This document shows positions 20,516-32,186 of a stretch of 64,000 nt of DNA, one piece after another. The stretch lies in assembly GCA_963765895.1 (NCBI GenBank), contig CAVXZB010000084.1, positions 96,001 to 160,000 on the forward strand. The letters run 5' to 3'. How positions within the stretch are numbered: the stretch's first letter is position 1; every line of letters starts with the position of its first letter. Below the pieces are notes generated by a model. The model made no database searches, had not been told where the DNA came from, and saw only the letters and a list, made by a program, of their open reading frames with translations. The position numbers and the translations under genes were made by a program. The stretch is from an uncultured Nitrososphaeraceae archaeon. Its GTDB lineage: Archaea > Thermoproteota > Nitrososphaeria > Nitrososphaerales > Nitrososphaeraceae.

Positions 20516-21964
20516 TCAACTTTGTTGGGATCTATCAATATGTGGCACAATTCTATATATAGAACCCTGACTTTTGTGAAATGTGAGGATATACAAATAT
20601 CCATCATATGGGCTAACTTCAATGTCTGATATACCAGCAAATCCCTTAGCAAACACTACTTTATTGCGTTCCTCCGCAGTATTTGCTATTTTATCGGCTA
20701 GTGAACTATTGAGGAGGAGCGACGTTCTATTCTTATTCAGTTCAAAATGATAAAGATTACCATTGTTTATATCACCTACAAATATTGTGTTTTGATATTG
20801 TTGTCCTAGTTTGTCGGAGTTTAGGAACTTTATAGCTGTAACGCCCACAGTCTGATTCCAAACAAATTCAGGAGGACTATATTTTCCTTTTCCCCCAAAG
20901 TCTACCAAGCCTGCTGGAGGTGTTGTAGAAACAGGCCCACCAAAATATGTTTGCGGAATCCAAAACCCTTGAACCTTGACCCAGCCACTATTGAACCCTG
21001 GTTCTACTAGGTTTATCTCATCGCCGAAGCCAGGTCCATTTTCGGTATCCCATAATTTTTTTGTCAGAGGATCAAAATCCAAGCCAAAACTATTCCGAAT
21101 GCCGTAGGCATAATACTTATTTACAGGACTAGTTGTACCAAGAATTCCATTGCCAACTGGCTTCCCGTCTTGTGTAATTCGATATATTATACTCGTGCCA
21201 TCAGATGGCGGACCATTTCCTACATTTTGTGTGTACGTTCTGCTCCCATCCACATCTCCGATAACAACGTATACGTTATTATCTGGGCCGATCAAGACTT
21301 TTCCGGCGTTATGGTGAGGCCCTGGAGCTGCGGGTAAATCAAGAAGTAATTTTCCATTTACTAGTTTATTATTCTCCAGCTCATATCTATACAGAAAATT
21401 ACCAATAGGTTTCTTACCTTGTAAATCGTCACCGTCCTTTGTTTGTGACCCAGTAAAGTATACGAATACATATCTAGGAAGTTTGCTCTCTTTAGAAACA
21501 GCAATTCCCAACATACCTCTTTCGTCGCTTACTGCAACATTGACATCAAGTAGAGGCTCCTTGAGCATTGTTCCATTTATTATTCTCATAACGGTACCAT
21601 TCGTTTTTTCAGTAACTAAAATATCATTAGGACCTAAAAACGCCATATTAGAAGGATAGACGAGACCCCTAAAAAAGCGCTTGATAGATAGGTTTTGGCT
21701 ATCCTTTTCATTTACTAGGGTTGGTATCTTACCTTTTGGTGATGCTGGCGCAGGAGAGGCTTTTGATAAAGCAGCCACGGTGGCAGCTGGTGAGGTTTTA
21801 TGAGGTGATGATTTCAAGGTCTGCTGTCCATGTATATCCCCAAAATAACCATTACCACTGCTCAAAAAAATCATTGCTATCAAAATAAAGGCCACCACGA
21901 GGGCTATTTTCATTCTGCCCCAATACATGATTGGGAATATATTATATGCTTTTCCGTTCTTCAC
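20516..21964 (-). CDS. PQQ-dependent sugar dehydrogenase (glucose/sorbosone dehydrogenase family)
   Basis: Signal-like N-terminus; ERGMLGIA, HNAG, YAYGIRNSFG, DTENGP and DEIN motifs. Confidence 0.9.
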   Translation of the reverse strand: MKNGKAYNIFPIMYWGRMKIALVVAFILIAMIFLSSGNGYFGDIHGQQTLKSSPHKTSPAATVAALSKASPAPASPKGKIPTLVNEKDSQNLSIKRFFRGLVYPSNMAFLGPNDILVTEKTNGTVMRIINGTMLKEPLLDVNVAVSDERGMLGIAVSKESKLPRYVFVYFTGSQTKDGDDLQGKKPIGNFLYRYELENNKLVNGKLLLDLPAAPGPHHNAGKVLIGPDNNVYVVIGDVDGSRTYTQNVGNGPPSDGTSIIYRITQDGKPVGNGILGTTSPVNKYYAYGIRNSFGLDFDPLTKKLWDTENGPGFGDEINLVEPGFNSGWVKVQGFWIPQTYFGGPVSTTPPAGLVDFGGKGKYSPPEFVWNQTVGVTAIKFLNSDKLGQQYQNTIFVGDINNGNLYHFELNKNRTSLLLNSSLADKIANTAEERNKVVFAKGFAGISDIEVSPYDGYLYILTFHKSQGSIYRIVPHIDRSQQS

Positions 21965-22058
21965 GAATCAACACCTTATCTTATCCATAATTTAGATTCT
22001 TAAAGCGTTATATCATATAAGCATTGATAGGATGGTAAGCGCAGTCGATATGTACAGA

Positions 22059-23097
22059 TCAAGTCGCTTTCAACTGTTCAGTTATATCAATAGTACTTTT
22101 AGATTTTCGCCTAGATGCCTGTCCGCCCATAAGAAATAGCTGACTGGATCTTACTTTATGTTTTATAGACTTGGCCGGTACGCCAGCAACTATATCTTCA
22201 TCTTCTATGTTACCAATAACTGATGCTCCTGAACCCACAATAACCTTGTTTCCTATCTTTATTTTATGTTTTAAAGTTGAATTAAGTCCAAACCAACATG
22301 TATCGCCTATGGTTGTGACCACCACCAATAATAACACCACCGGTTAAGGCGCAGTTTCTCCCTATCTCCACGTTATGAGCCACATGGACTAAGGCGTCTA
22401 ATTTTGTGCCGTTACCTATAACGGTATTTGAGAGAGACCCACGTGCTATGGAGCAATTGGAACATATTTCGACATCGTTTCCTATTTCAACTCCACCTAT
22501 GTGTGGAAATCTTTCAAGTTCCATCGTTTCAGGATGCCTCTCGTAAGCGAAGCCGTCAGCGCCAATCACTACTCCCGGCTGAATAATACAATTCCTGCCA
22601 ATCCTAGTATTTTGTAAAATGCTAACTCTATCATATATTGTTGTATTGTCACCGATTTCGCAATTATTGCCGATAAAACTGTATTGACCTATAGAACAGT
22701 TCTTACCTATTTTGGCTGTTTCTGATACTACTGCCTTCGGCGAAACTCCGATTGATTCCTTTTGTTGTTCCTTATAGATCATCTTAATAATACGCATTAT
22801 AGCCAACCTTGGGTTTCCCAAAAAGATCAGACATTGCTGTTGTCTTTTTTTCTGTATCGGAGACAAAAGTGACTCCATATTTTTTTTGCAAAAAATGACG
22901 CCCGCACCGGATCTGGAGATAGACATGACTGCTTCGTCTCCCTCAGATGAACAAAATGCGAGATCGTGTGAAGATGCGTTATTAAGCGGGGCTATACCGT
23001 TTACTATAATTGAGGTATACTCATTTCCTGATTTTTCATACGAACAATAATAATCAATACCCAGCTCTGTAAGCAGAGCGTGAACGTTCCAAACCAA
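22059..23097 (-). CDS. LpxD-like hexapeptide-repeat acyltransferase; frameshift at about 22319
   Basis: N-terminal LpxD-like domain (GIAPLNNA...LAF, NPRLA), hexapeptide repeats, IGADGFAY, KLDALVHVAHNV and VAGVPAK, split across two ORFs. Confidence 0.85.
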
Positions 23098-23479
23098 TGA
23101 ACATTGTTACGTTATGTATATATATAAGTATTAAGGCGACTATATACCCTAATTTTTTACACAGTGGACAGTTAAATATACTCGACTCTATCAAACTCTC
23201 ATTTATAAAACCAAGATCACATTTTTTGGCTTACAGTAGAATTCTCTGTCACAGTACCTATCTTAGGCCTATTTAATAAAGATTCAGTCCAGATAACGTA
23301 TTTATTCTTTAGACCTAATAAAGTCAGAAATATGAATAGATAGGGAATCATTTTGCATCCAGCTTTTTAATGTATGACAAAGCTTGCTGAATTAATTACT
23401 ACTTCCTTGAAGTCGGTGAATCTAATGATGAATATATCACAACAAGAAGGCGCTGTTTTTTAGTTATATCAAGAACATG

Positions 23480-23846
23480 TTATTTCTTTTCTCCTTTAGT
23501 CTTGTCTTCAACGATATTATATTTTGAGAGCTCGCTTGTACGCAAAAAAGACTACTAATGCTATTACTAGGAAGTTAATGATATTCGAAATAAGATCACC
23601 GTATCTGAAAACTGTTGTTGTTCCGGCCAGGTTTGGAACTTTTATTGTTAGCGCTGCCAAGCTACCAGCTGGAAGAAACAGGCCTATAAGCGGATCAATT
23701 ATGTCCTTAACAAAAGCATTTACCAGTGCAGATGCTGCCTGTCCAATTACGAAAGCAATTGCAAGTCCGATTACTCCGAAAGTCTTAAGGAAGTCAAAGA
23801 ATTCCTGAGTAAAAGTACTTTTCTTCTTTTCTGAGCTGGCCGTCAT
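23480..23846 (-). CDS. mscL: large-conductance mechanosensitive channel; +1 insertion at about 23533
   Basis: EFFDFLKTFGVIGLAIAFVIG...DIIDPLIG...YGDLISNIINF; removing one base gives AYKQLSKYNIVEDKTKGEKK with stop at 23480-23482. Confidence 0.9.
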
Positions 23847-24330
23847 TAATATTGTAGGTCTGGAATGTCACTTATTTAAGAGATTCGTTACGTTTTTGCC
23901 CGATATTCTAGACTGTTTTTACATATAGGTAAATCAAAGTGGAGATAACTTACATCAATATCTGACTAGATCAGTAGCCCTTTCTTCCCCTATCAAACTC
24001 AATTTCATTGTATGATTAGTTCAGATCTTACAGGATAAGTGAGTGACACGATGGTAACACCTTTTTAGGTTTATAACAGGAATCCTTTCCAGAACAGCAG
24101 TGAAAAGGATACTTTGTCTTCGACTCATTAATTTCCTCTTCAACATTTTTGTCTTGTAGGCTGATGTGCTTATCAGCTAAAGATCTCATTGCAGTAATTT
24201 ATTATTCACAGAAGATATGTCTACTCCTGCTCGTTTGTGTCATCAATTTTGTTTTACTTTTTCGGAGTCTGAGCATAATTTCAAAGAACAAATAGCAATC
24301 CTTAATGGTAACATATGTTCGTTATAGATC

Positions 24331-24729
24331 ATGTCCTATACACAAAATAAGACAATAGCTCGAAGGTTAGTTGAAGATATATTTAATTCGAAGAAAACAG
24401 AGTTGTCAGAGAATTATGTTACTCCTGATATAATTTACCATGGAGTGGCAGAAGAGGTCAAAGGCCTGGAGGAATTCAAACGTTGGGTGACCGAAGACCT
24501 TAACGCATTTCCAGATATGAAGATCACCATATTAGATGATTTCGGAGAACAAAATAAGATCGCCATGAGGTGGAGCTTAAAAGCTACGCATGAAAAAGAT
24601 TTTGCTGACTTTCCTGCCACTCATAAGAAGTTTGAAGCTCAAGGGATCGATATTTTCCATTTTGAGGGAGACAAAATCAAGGAAGCATGGACTACAGCTG
24701 ACTTGTCTGACTTGGCCCAAAAATCATAG
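24331..24729 (+). CDS. SnoaL-like ester cyclase family protein
   Basis: AFPD, ATHEKDF and GDKIKEAW; NTF2-like size. Confidence 0.85.
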   Translation: MSYTQNKTIARRLVEDIFNSKKTELSENYVTPDIIYHGVAEEVKGLEEFKRWVTEDLNAFPDMKITILDDFGEQNKIAMRWSLKATHEKDFADFPATHKKFEAQGIDIFHFEGDKIKEAWTTADLSDLAQKS

Positions 24730-25201
24730 AATTAAAAGATAGTTTTCTGTTTGTATTGGGATTGTCATTTTAGAATCAACCCATACAATGTCGGTATACA
24801 TCTGCTAGGGCTATTTTTACTCATCGCAAAAATAATTCCATCTACCCAGGAAGAACTGACCCTATTTATTTGGAGTAATAGTCATAATTCTCGACCTTAT
24901 TTTTATAAAACATATAGTTTATTGAACCCGCTAAATTGTTGGATATTATTAGACAGGTAGGAAAACTAGATCGTGTAGTCTGTGATTTTTAAAGACGAGC
25001 GCTATTGTTTTATGTATAGCAACTTAATTATTCTCCATAGTATGAAAGAGTTGGAAATCACGGTCCACCGAGTCCATTTGAGGGATATTCAAATAGATTC
25101 CAAAAAAAATTTTAGGTAAATGATTTTATAGCATAGACATATGCACGTTAAAAAATCATACGGTATAGATTATAACCGTCCGTCTAATCGTGGCTTGAAT
25201 G

Positions 25202-25515
25202 TTACATCTTGGATATTAAATCCGCCTTGAGTTTCTGAAACTCCTCATCAGATAGTATCCCTTTTTGATGGAGATCAGCATATTTTTGCAACTTTTGTGT
25301 GATATCTTCCTGCTGTGACTGGGGCTGGGATTGGGATTGTGGTTGTAGTTTTTGTTGTTGTAGTGCTTCTATCTGTCTTTGCTGCGCTTCTATTTGTCGT
25401 TGTGCTTGTTGTTGTTGTGCATCATTTGCTTGGGCCTGTTGGTCCATCGCGAGCTCCAGAGCGCCTCCTAGCTACTCCCGCGCCTATAGCTCGCTGAAGC
25501 CCATCTTCCTCTCAT
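25202..25515 (-). CDS. SHOCT-domain Gln-rich protein; two +1 insertions (about 25451, 25492)
   Basis: C-terminal LQKYADLHQKGILSDEEFQKLKADLI; correcting both insertions extends the frame to MRGRWASAAIGAGVARRRSGAAMDQQ from ATG 25515. Confidence 0.8.
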
Positions 25516-25919
25516 GATTTTGAATCGTAAATGTTGTTAATAAAGTTTATTAAACGTAGTTAGGCCAAATTTATGGCCATCCTGGATTTTTAATCCACCT
25601 TATTTGAGTGTAATTCTTATCAGATAATAATGAATTGTTACCAGAATCCAGTAATCTTATGTCAGAAAAAAGCTCATGTCAGATATAAAATATGTCAAAT
25701 CTAAGAAGATTATTGGAAGTTGCCAACAGTAAAGATCATATGATATGAAATACGATGATGTTGGGTATCGAGATCCATGCCAAAGTCTATTTGTGTCAAG
25801 ATAATATTTAACAACCGCCGTGGGCATCCACTAGAACATGTTTTAGGCGTTTCATCTAATCAGCTCGCGGTAGTAGGCAGGTATTAATGATCTGAACCTG
25901 CTATAACTTGCTATCGAGA

Positions 25920-26261
25920 TCACTTGACAGGGACAAGATTCTTGGATCTCCGGTCATATATGACTAGAATAATCCCTGCCACAAAGGCAATTACACTATT
26001 GACTAGAAGTATTATGCTCACCAGAATTCCGAAAGAATCGAGAGCTATCTCGTATCCAATTTTTTCCAAATTTACTCTAATACTGGTCTGGTTACCCTTC
26101 GCGAAATTACCCAAACTTGATTTGATTAAGTCCTTTGCGGAGATTTGGGGTATCGAATCAGCCAGATTAACAAGTGAAGTGATTGAACTGAATATTATCA
26201 CTAAACCTATAACCAAAAGGATTCCACCTCCTATTAGAAGTGCTACACCCCGCTTCATCAA
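25920..26261 (-). CDS. hypothetical membrane protein (2 TM)
   Basis: Two hydrophobic segments, basic C-terminus. Confidence 0.6.
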   Translation of the reverse strand: MMKRGVALLIGGGILLVIGLVIIFSSITSLVNLADSIPQISAKDLIKSSLGNFAKGNQTSIRVNLEKIGYEIALDSFGILVSIILLVNSVIAFVAGIILVIYDRRSKNLVPVK

Positions 26262-26438
26262 GAATTGCCTCTAAACAACTCGATGATATCTGTCTAGCTA
26301 TAATAATAAACTTTCGGGGGAAGAATACAAGCAGCATAATCTGAAATAACTAATTTCCTAACATTCTTAATTAGAAGATCTGTTCATTCTGGACAGTCGA
26401 CAATATGCATATATACTTACTTACACGTATACTCGACT

Positions 26439-27242
26439 ATGATTAGCTCTAAACTGATAGTATTGTTTAGTCTATTATCGCTAGCATTGATAACTGGAAC
26501 GGCTGTTACTATGATGCCTCCAGCTTTATACGCCCAGTCAAACAACGCAACTAATGCAAACGCAACTAATGCAAACGCAACTAATGCAAACGCAACTAAT
26601 GCAAACGCAACTAATGCAAACGCAACTAATGCAAACGCAACTAATGCAAACGCAACTAATGCAAACGCAACTAATGCAAACGCAACTAATGCAAACGCAA
26701 CTAATGCAAACGCAACTAATGCAAACGCAACTAATGCAAACGCAACTAATGCAAACGCAACTAATGCAAACGCAACTAATGCAAACGCAACTAATGCAAA
26801 CGCAACTAATGCAAACGCAACTAATGCAAACAGAGCCCATTTCAGTGCAGTGCTGAAAGGTGAAAACGTTTTCCCACCAGTAAACACTAATGCTACTGGA
26901 AAAGCTGAACTTACTTTATTAGGTGACCGAAAAACGATGTCATATAAAGTCACAGGTGGACCTGTGGATGCGGTCAAAGATGTGACACTATCTCATACAA
27001 CAGGGGGTAGAGCTGATGATATAGTCGTCTTAAGAAGTGCCACACAGAAGGGATTGAGTGGCCAGGCGACGACGGCAACTCTGGCAGGAAATTTCACCTC
27101 TGCTGATTTCATACGCGCACCGAAGGACATGGCAACACTCGTAAAAGACATCCTCTCTGGAAATGTGATTCTAAGAGTGGACACAATTAAGTATCCTCTG
27201 GGTGTTGTAGCAGGAAAGCTTAAACCGAACTTGCAATCCTGA
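26439..27242 (+). CDS. secreted CHRD-domain protein with (NATNA)19 repeat
   Basis: Signal peptide ending LYA-Q, then repeat, then FSAVLKGENVFPPVNTNATGKAEL...YPLGVVAGKL resembling a CHRD domain. Confidence 0.8.
   Translation: MISSKLIVLFSLLSLALITGTAVTMMPPALYAQSNNATNANATNANATNANATNANATNANATNANATNANATNANATNANATNANATNANATNANATNANATNANATNANATNANATNANATNANATNANRAHFSAVLKGENVFPPVNTNATGKAELTLLGDRKTMSYKVTGGPVDAVKDVTLSHTTGGRADDIVVLRSATQKGLSGQATTATLAGNFTSADFIRAPKDMATLVKDILSGNVILRVDTIKYPLGVVAGKLKPNLQS
26544..26828 (+). repeat. perfect 15-bp tandem repeat (AACGCAACTAATGCA) x19
   Basis: 285 bp = 19 identical units, in frame in 26439-27242. Confidence 0.97.
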
Positions 27243-27760
27243 AGCAACTGATGCTCCGGGTCCTCATTTATTTTTCGGTGTTAAAAATGATGGCTTTAGT
27301 TTGTTGATTTCTGATCAGATTTTCACATAGGGTTGTTTTGTGAGGATCAGCAACTAAAATAAGACATATAGCGACAATCTAATGATTGTGGAATCATATC
27401 ATGGAATTGTATCTTACGTGCGTCCGGTATTTACTGTTTTAGACTCACTTCTCGATTCCTTATCTTTTAATTCTAATGATGGTTTTTAACCTCAGACAGT
27501 GTGTAGCTCAAACTTTGGATTATGGATAAGGGTAGATAGATTATCCTAGCCGCCCCTATTTATTTAGTGAAGTTGTATAAAGACTCAGGAATCGTTAGTC
27601 TAAAACTTATCCTATTATTACTTCGAAATCTTCTTAGTCTCATCAAGTATCTTGTAGTTTTCGATAGGATCCTTTTATCCATGTGGTTGTGAGGACAGAC
27701 CATAGCAAGTTTCGATATTCAAGTTATGGACAGCTTAACGTAATATTGAACAGCAATATA

Positions 27761-28697
27761 TCATGAATTTTCTAAAGACAGGTTTCTTCTCAGTGTATTG
27801 AAATAACGATCTGATAGGGTTTTTAGGAAGACAAAGCTTTCAGGAACAGAAACGCTCTTGCTGGAGGCGTGAAGATAATTTACTAGCCTATTAACAGATC
27901 CTCCAGATATGTTGGTCCCATTCATTGCAATTTTCCTAATTAATTCATGTCTACATACTTTTATTTCATAGTACGGAATTTTCTCAACGGCGGCCATAAC
28001 GAAGATATTTGGCATATCTTCGCAAACATCGTCCTCTATATCCTCCCAGTCATCTAGTATATCAAGCAAGGCCTGATTATAATGAAGAACTAAACCGACA
28101 TTTTCATTAAAGCTAGGCGAGCTTCGCATCCAATACCTTTGCGTAAACTAATGAGGCATCTGAAGATTTAGATAGAATAAAATGTTTTAGTTCTGTATAG
28201 GAGAACCTATGATTTCCAAGTATACGGCGCTTTATTATCTGCTCAAACTTCCAAAACGCTGAAAACTGCTCTAATAAATAATCTATAGAATAAATCAGAT
28301 GTTGTGCATCGGACTCTTGTAGAAATTCATTTACTAATTCATGTGCCTGTTTTGAGAGCAAGGCATATCTCTCATTTCCAGTCTCATAGAATCTATCTGA
28401 AAGAAGGATGTATCTAGTTAGTGACCTTATTATCCTATACACCCATAATGCCTCAGCTAAATTTTTGGTATCGAAGTAGGCAGCAATAAAATAGCTAGGA
28501 TCCTGCGCCTTTTCATCAATGTCTGGAAAAGAATTATTTAAATTCTGGTCAAAATTGCTTAATAATGAACTTAGAGATACCATTTGCTGTACGAAGAGTA
28601 AAGTATCTGTGGTAGAATCTAGATCTTTTATTGCGACAAAAATTTTATCTAAGTAGAACTTGTTTTCAAAATCGCTAGGCTTAGATGTGATTTTCAT
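27761..28697 (-). CDS. hypothetical protein, possible class I isoprenoid-synthase fold; +1 insertion at about 28119
   Basis: Correction gives DAKLPSFNENVG, joining the two ORFs; DILDDWEDIEDD...PN motif with an upstream KS. Confidence 0.6.
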
Positions 28698-29456
28698 TAT
28701 TCGATGATATGATTTCTACGTTCATCTCAAAATTATAAATATTACTGAAATGTGGCAACCATATTAAATCTGGACTTTACAAGGGTATGGACACCAAACC
28801 TGATCTAGCGTTCCACGAGCATAATTGAATTGAGAGAATATCTGCAGAGCTAAAGCTATTGGTGCATTACTTATTTTCCAACATTTAATCTCAGAAATAT
28901 ATCTAGAGCAAATTCAATAATTTTGAGATAAAGAAGATGATCAGATTATTGACAAAGATAGGTACAGAGTCCTCTTCAGACGTATTTACAGTTATAAAAT
29001 TATTGCATTTAGTGATGCTTGAACTTCCAAAAGCGATTGATTAGTACTGCGTAATATTTCTAAATGATAGAACGGAGGAATTTAGGATTGGGGTTATAGG
29101 TGTATGAAAGTAAACCAGGTAATTTGGATATTTTTGCAATGAGTAATTCCATATTTCTTTATGTACAAATAATTATCGGATCCGACATAACCTAATAGAG
29201 GAAGCAAGCGGGAAATATGAAATCACCGGCCTATTATCACTAATAGTCATCCTCAATATTTGTAGACTGTATCAAGATATCTGCTCATAAGTCTATCTGT
29301 CTCCTGCCTCAATTTACTAATTGCTGGAAATGACTGTGTGAAATCGAATATGGCTTTCGGATATAAGCTATTCTGGGAAGTCGAACTTGAACAATATGAT
29401 AGATACCCTTAATGTTTTCTTATCAAAATTGCAAATAGCCTCGTATCGATGGTAAT

Positions 29457-29499
29457 ATAATAATGATAATAATGATAATAATAATGATAATAATGATAA
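29457..29499. repeat. low-complexity (TAA/TGA) microsatellite, roughly (TAATGATAA)n
   Basis: ataataatgataataatgataataataatgataataatgataa read directly. Confidence 0.75.
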
Positions 29500-29780
29500 A
29501 ATAGAAATAATGTGAAATTGGCAATGCGCCTCACCTTCAGCTAAAGCGAGCATTTATTCGGACTACAGAAATTTGTTCGTCGTATAATGAAATATATCTC
29601 ATAGAATTGAAGTATTCATAAATGACCTATTTTGAAATGCCTTACCCGATCAATAGTCACCACGTTGGATAATGTTTACTCAATCAACAAATCATATAAT
29701 TGAGTACATACATACCATAACAAAGATACCCTTAGATCTTCTTGAAAGGATTTATATCTAGCCTGTATACGACAGAGTGT

Positions 29781-30344
29781 ATGAGTGAAAGTAGATCCCC
29801 TGGTTGGGTACGTGCTGCCCAGATAGGGCTGGGAGTCTTGGCAGTAATATTATCGATTACGCTATTGGTTTATCCTGCACGCGGCGCAGTAGCGGGAGTA
29901 TATCTTGCCGCTGTTGTATTATTGATAGTCGGTATTGAGAAGGTGATTACAGGTCTTTTTGTTAGCAGCAAATCTCGCATGGCCAGCGTAGGCTTAGGGA
30001 TCCTAGTAATCATATTATCGCTGATAGTTATGGCATTTCCGTTGTCAACCAGTGTATTTCTGATATACCTCCTAGGAGTGGCACTATTGATATATGGAAT
30101 ATCTAGATTAGTTCATGGTATAGGGGATAAAGAAAGAAGCGGATGGTCTAGATGGTCATCTCTAGGTATTGGCGTCCTAATGATCATTATCTCAATAATC
30201 ATAATGGCAGCACCACGCGCTGGGCTAGCCTTCGTAGGACTTTTGATTGGAATAGCACTCTTAATCGCAGGAATAGAAATAATCGCAGCTGGGATATCTG
30301 GAAGGAAGATGCGACTTCTTCCGTCTCGAGATAGGGGCATTTAG
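29781..30344 (+). CDS. HdeD/DUF308 family membrane protein
   Basis: Six Gly-rich TM segments in three repeats; SPGWVRAAQIGLG N-terminus; ATG at 29781. Confidence 0.8.
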   Translation: MSESRSPGWVRAAQIGLGVLAVILSITLLVYPARGAVAGVYLAAVVLLIVGIEKVITGLFVSSKSRMASVGLGILVIILSLIVMAFPLSTSVFLIYLLGVALLIYGISRLVHGIGDKERSGWSRWSSLGIGVLMIIISIIIMAAPRAGLAFVGLLIGIALLIAGIEIIAAGISGRKMRLLPSRDRGI

Positions 30345-31790
30345 AAGAAAACTCGGGAATAATAACACCCCGAAGTCTTGAAGGAAATTGGCGTGGTTAA
30401 GTCCACGATTTTTAACCAGCACAATTTTTAGTCATAACGTAACTTATTACGTGGTGAGTTCTGGACATAAATCTCAGCATAAAAATAGAACCATCTTAGA
30501 GTCAATTCTACCTCAAATTTAAATAGGGTGGAAGCACTTCAAATATTCCTTGAGATCGGCGCATTATTATTTTTCAGAGGTATATAAAAGATGGGACGTA
30601 TTTTTGGTTGGGACTCTGATGAGCGGCGGTTTCCTAGTTATCATTCTAAAGTTACTTGGATTCTTTAGTAAAGAGAGGCACCTATTCTAGTCTTAGGAAG
30701 ACTTTTAAGATTGTTTCTTCCAATATAGAGACCTTTATTATTCACAATCTTTTAGCAGAGTAAGGATAAGATCCAATAATGATAAATCTAGCCCTTTAAA
30801 TTTCTTTGCGGACTGCTTTTGACGATGATTATTAATAGGAACGCTCGAAGAGAAGACTAAACGAGGTTATCATCTAAAAATCCCAGAATATGCCAAGGAA
30901 TGGAATAACATGAATAAATAGTTTGACCAAGTTTGAACTCTGTAATACTAGGTGTTTTAAAATCCAATATACTGTACATTTTGCCCTTTTTTAAAGGGGT
31001 TAATAGGTTTAACTCATTGGCTATCTATGATATGATTACTCATGCCTCATAAGAGTAGATCAACATTGCTTCAAACTTGTAGAATCAAGTTTTATAGACT
31101 AAAATCACAGAAATATTCCTAATAATCTGTTCATATTCACATATCTCGTTTACATGAACAACCTCTCAATTCAAACTCTAAGAATTCTAAATATGATGAT
31201 GTAGGACGACTTCTCAAGAATTCTTTGAATATACATACGGTTAAGCTATTTGAATTCCATGCCAAAATCTTATCTCAGATTGGGGAATAGATCCTCTAAT
31301 TCTTATCGTTCCTTCACATTTTCATTTGGTAAAGGTCATTAATTTAATTCCATTTTTCCGACTCTACCTATTTTAGATAATCCATATCCAATATTTACGG
31401 GATAATAATTTTCCCAACAACGTAATATATAAATTCCACAACCGTTCCTTTTCTCATATTAGGTAAACCCTTTTTTGCGGATTTCCCACTAAGGATACAC
31501 TATCAATTAGAATCCTCTGGGTCCAGATTGATTATCAGTCAGATTAAGGCATTAAAATATGACAAAAAATAGGCGAGTTGATCCTCTATAAGAATCTGTC
31601 AATAAATTCTAGACCAAAGTATCATATAACGTACCGATGCGCTTTAAGTGGTTCTCGACATGGGACAATGACTACTTTAGCCTATCCTATAAAAGGTAAA
31701 AGAAATCTAATAATCACTAATGGGGTGATATTTCGGCATGTTAGTCAGCTAAAGTGAAATGCAACGCAATATTGATTAGATATATTATAA

Positions 31791-31804
31791 GTTCTATATA
31801 GAAC
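31791..31804. promoter_or_regulatory. perfect 14-bp palindrome GTTCTATATAGAAC, candidate operator
   Basis: Exact self-complement next to TATA-like TATTATAA, about 125 bp upstream of the HTH gene; function inferred. Confidence 0.4.
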
Positions 31805-31928
31805 ACTCATATTATTTGGGATTATTTGAATATATGAGAACAATTCGAATTATTGTTACTGTATATTTTGTCGTCTACGTTCCTAAACAAAAGTAACGGT
31901 TAAATAACTTGTTAGCGTATAGCACCTC

Positions 31929-32186
31929 ATGAAAGAGACACAGTTGCTACGGATATTAATAAAGGAACGCGCGATAGTAAGACTTCTGAAGACAATTGGC
32001 AGTGCGGATTACCCAACAAGGGAACTGCTTAACAAGCTGGGTGCTTACGGCTACGGGCATAAGCTTCTAGTGAGGGCAGAGCATATAGGATTAGTCCAAC
32101 GTAAGGTAAACAAGAATAAAGTATTTAATAAACTGACACCCGATGGCAAGAAAGTTGTAGCCCTGGCTAAAAAGATAGGTGTATAA
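31929..32186 (+). CDS. small winged-helix-like DNA-binding protein
   Basis: 85 aa, basic, with GLVQR...NKLTPDGK typical of a wHTH wing; TATA-like TTAAATA about 30 nt upstream. Confidence 0.7.
   Translation: MKETQLLRILIKERAIVRLLKTIGSADYPTRELLNKLGAYGYGHKLLVRAEHIGLVQRKVNKNKVFNKLTPDGKKVVALAKKIGV

Noticed and set aside
26544-26828. 15-bp repeat as a CRISPR array, or the (MQTQL)n, (CVCIS)n and (FALVA)n ORFs
   Set aside because: No spacers and no cas genes; only the NATNA frame has a signal peptide and a downstream domain, so the others are shadow ORFs
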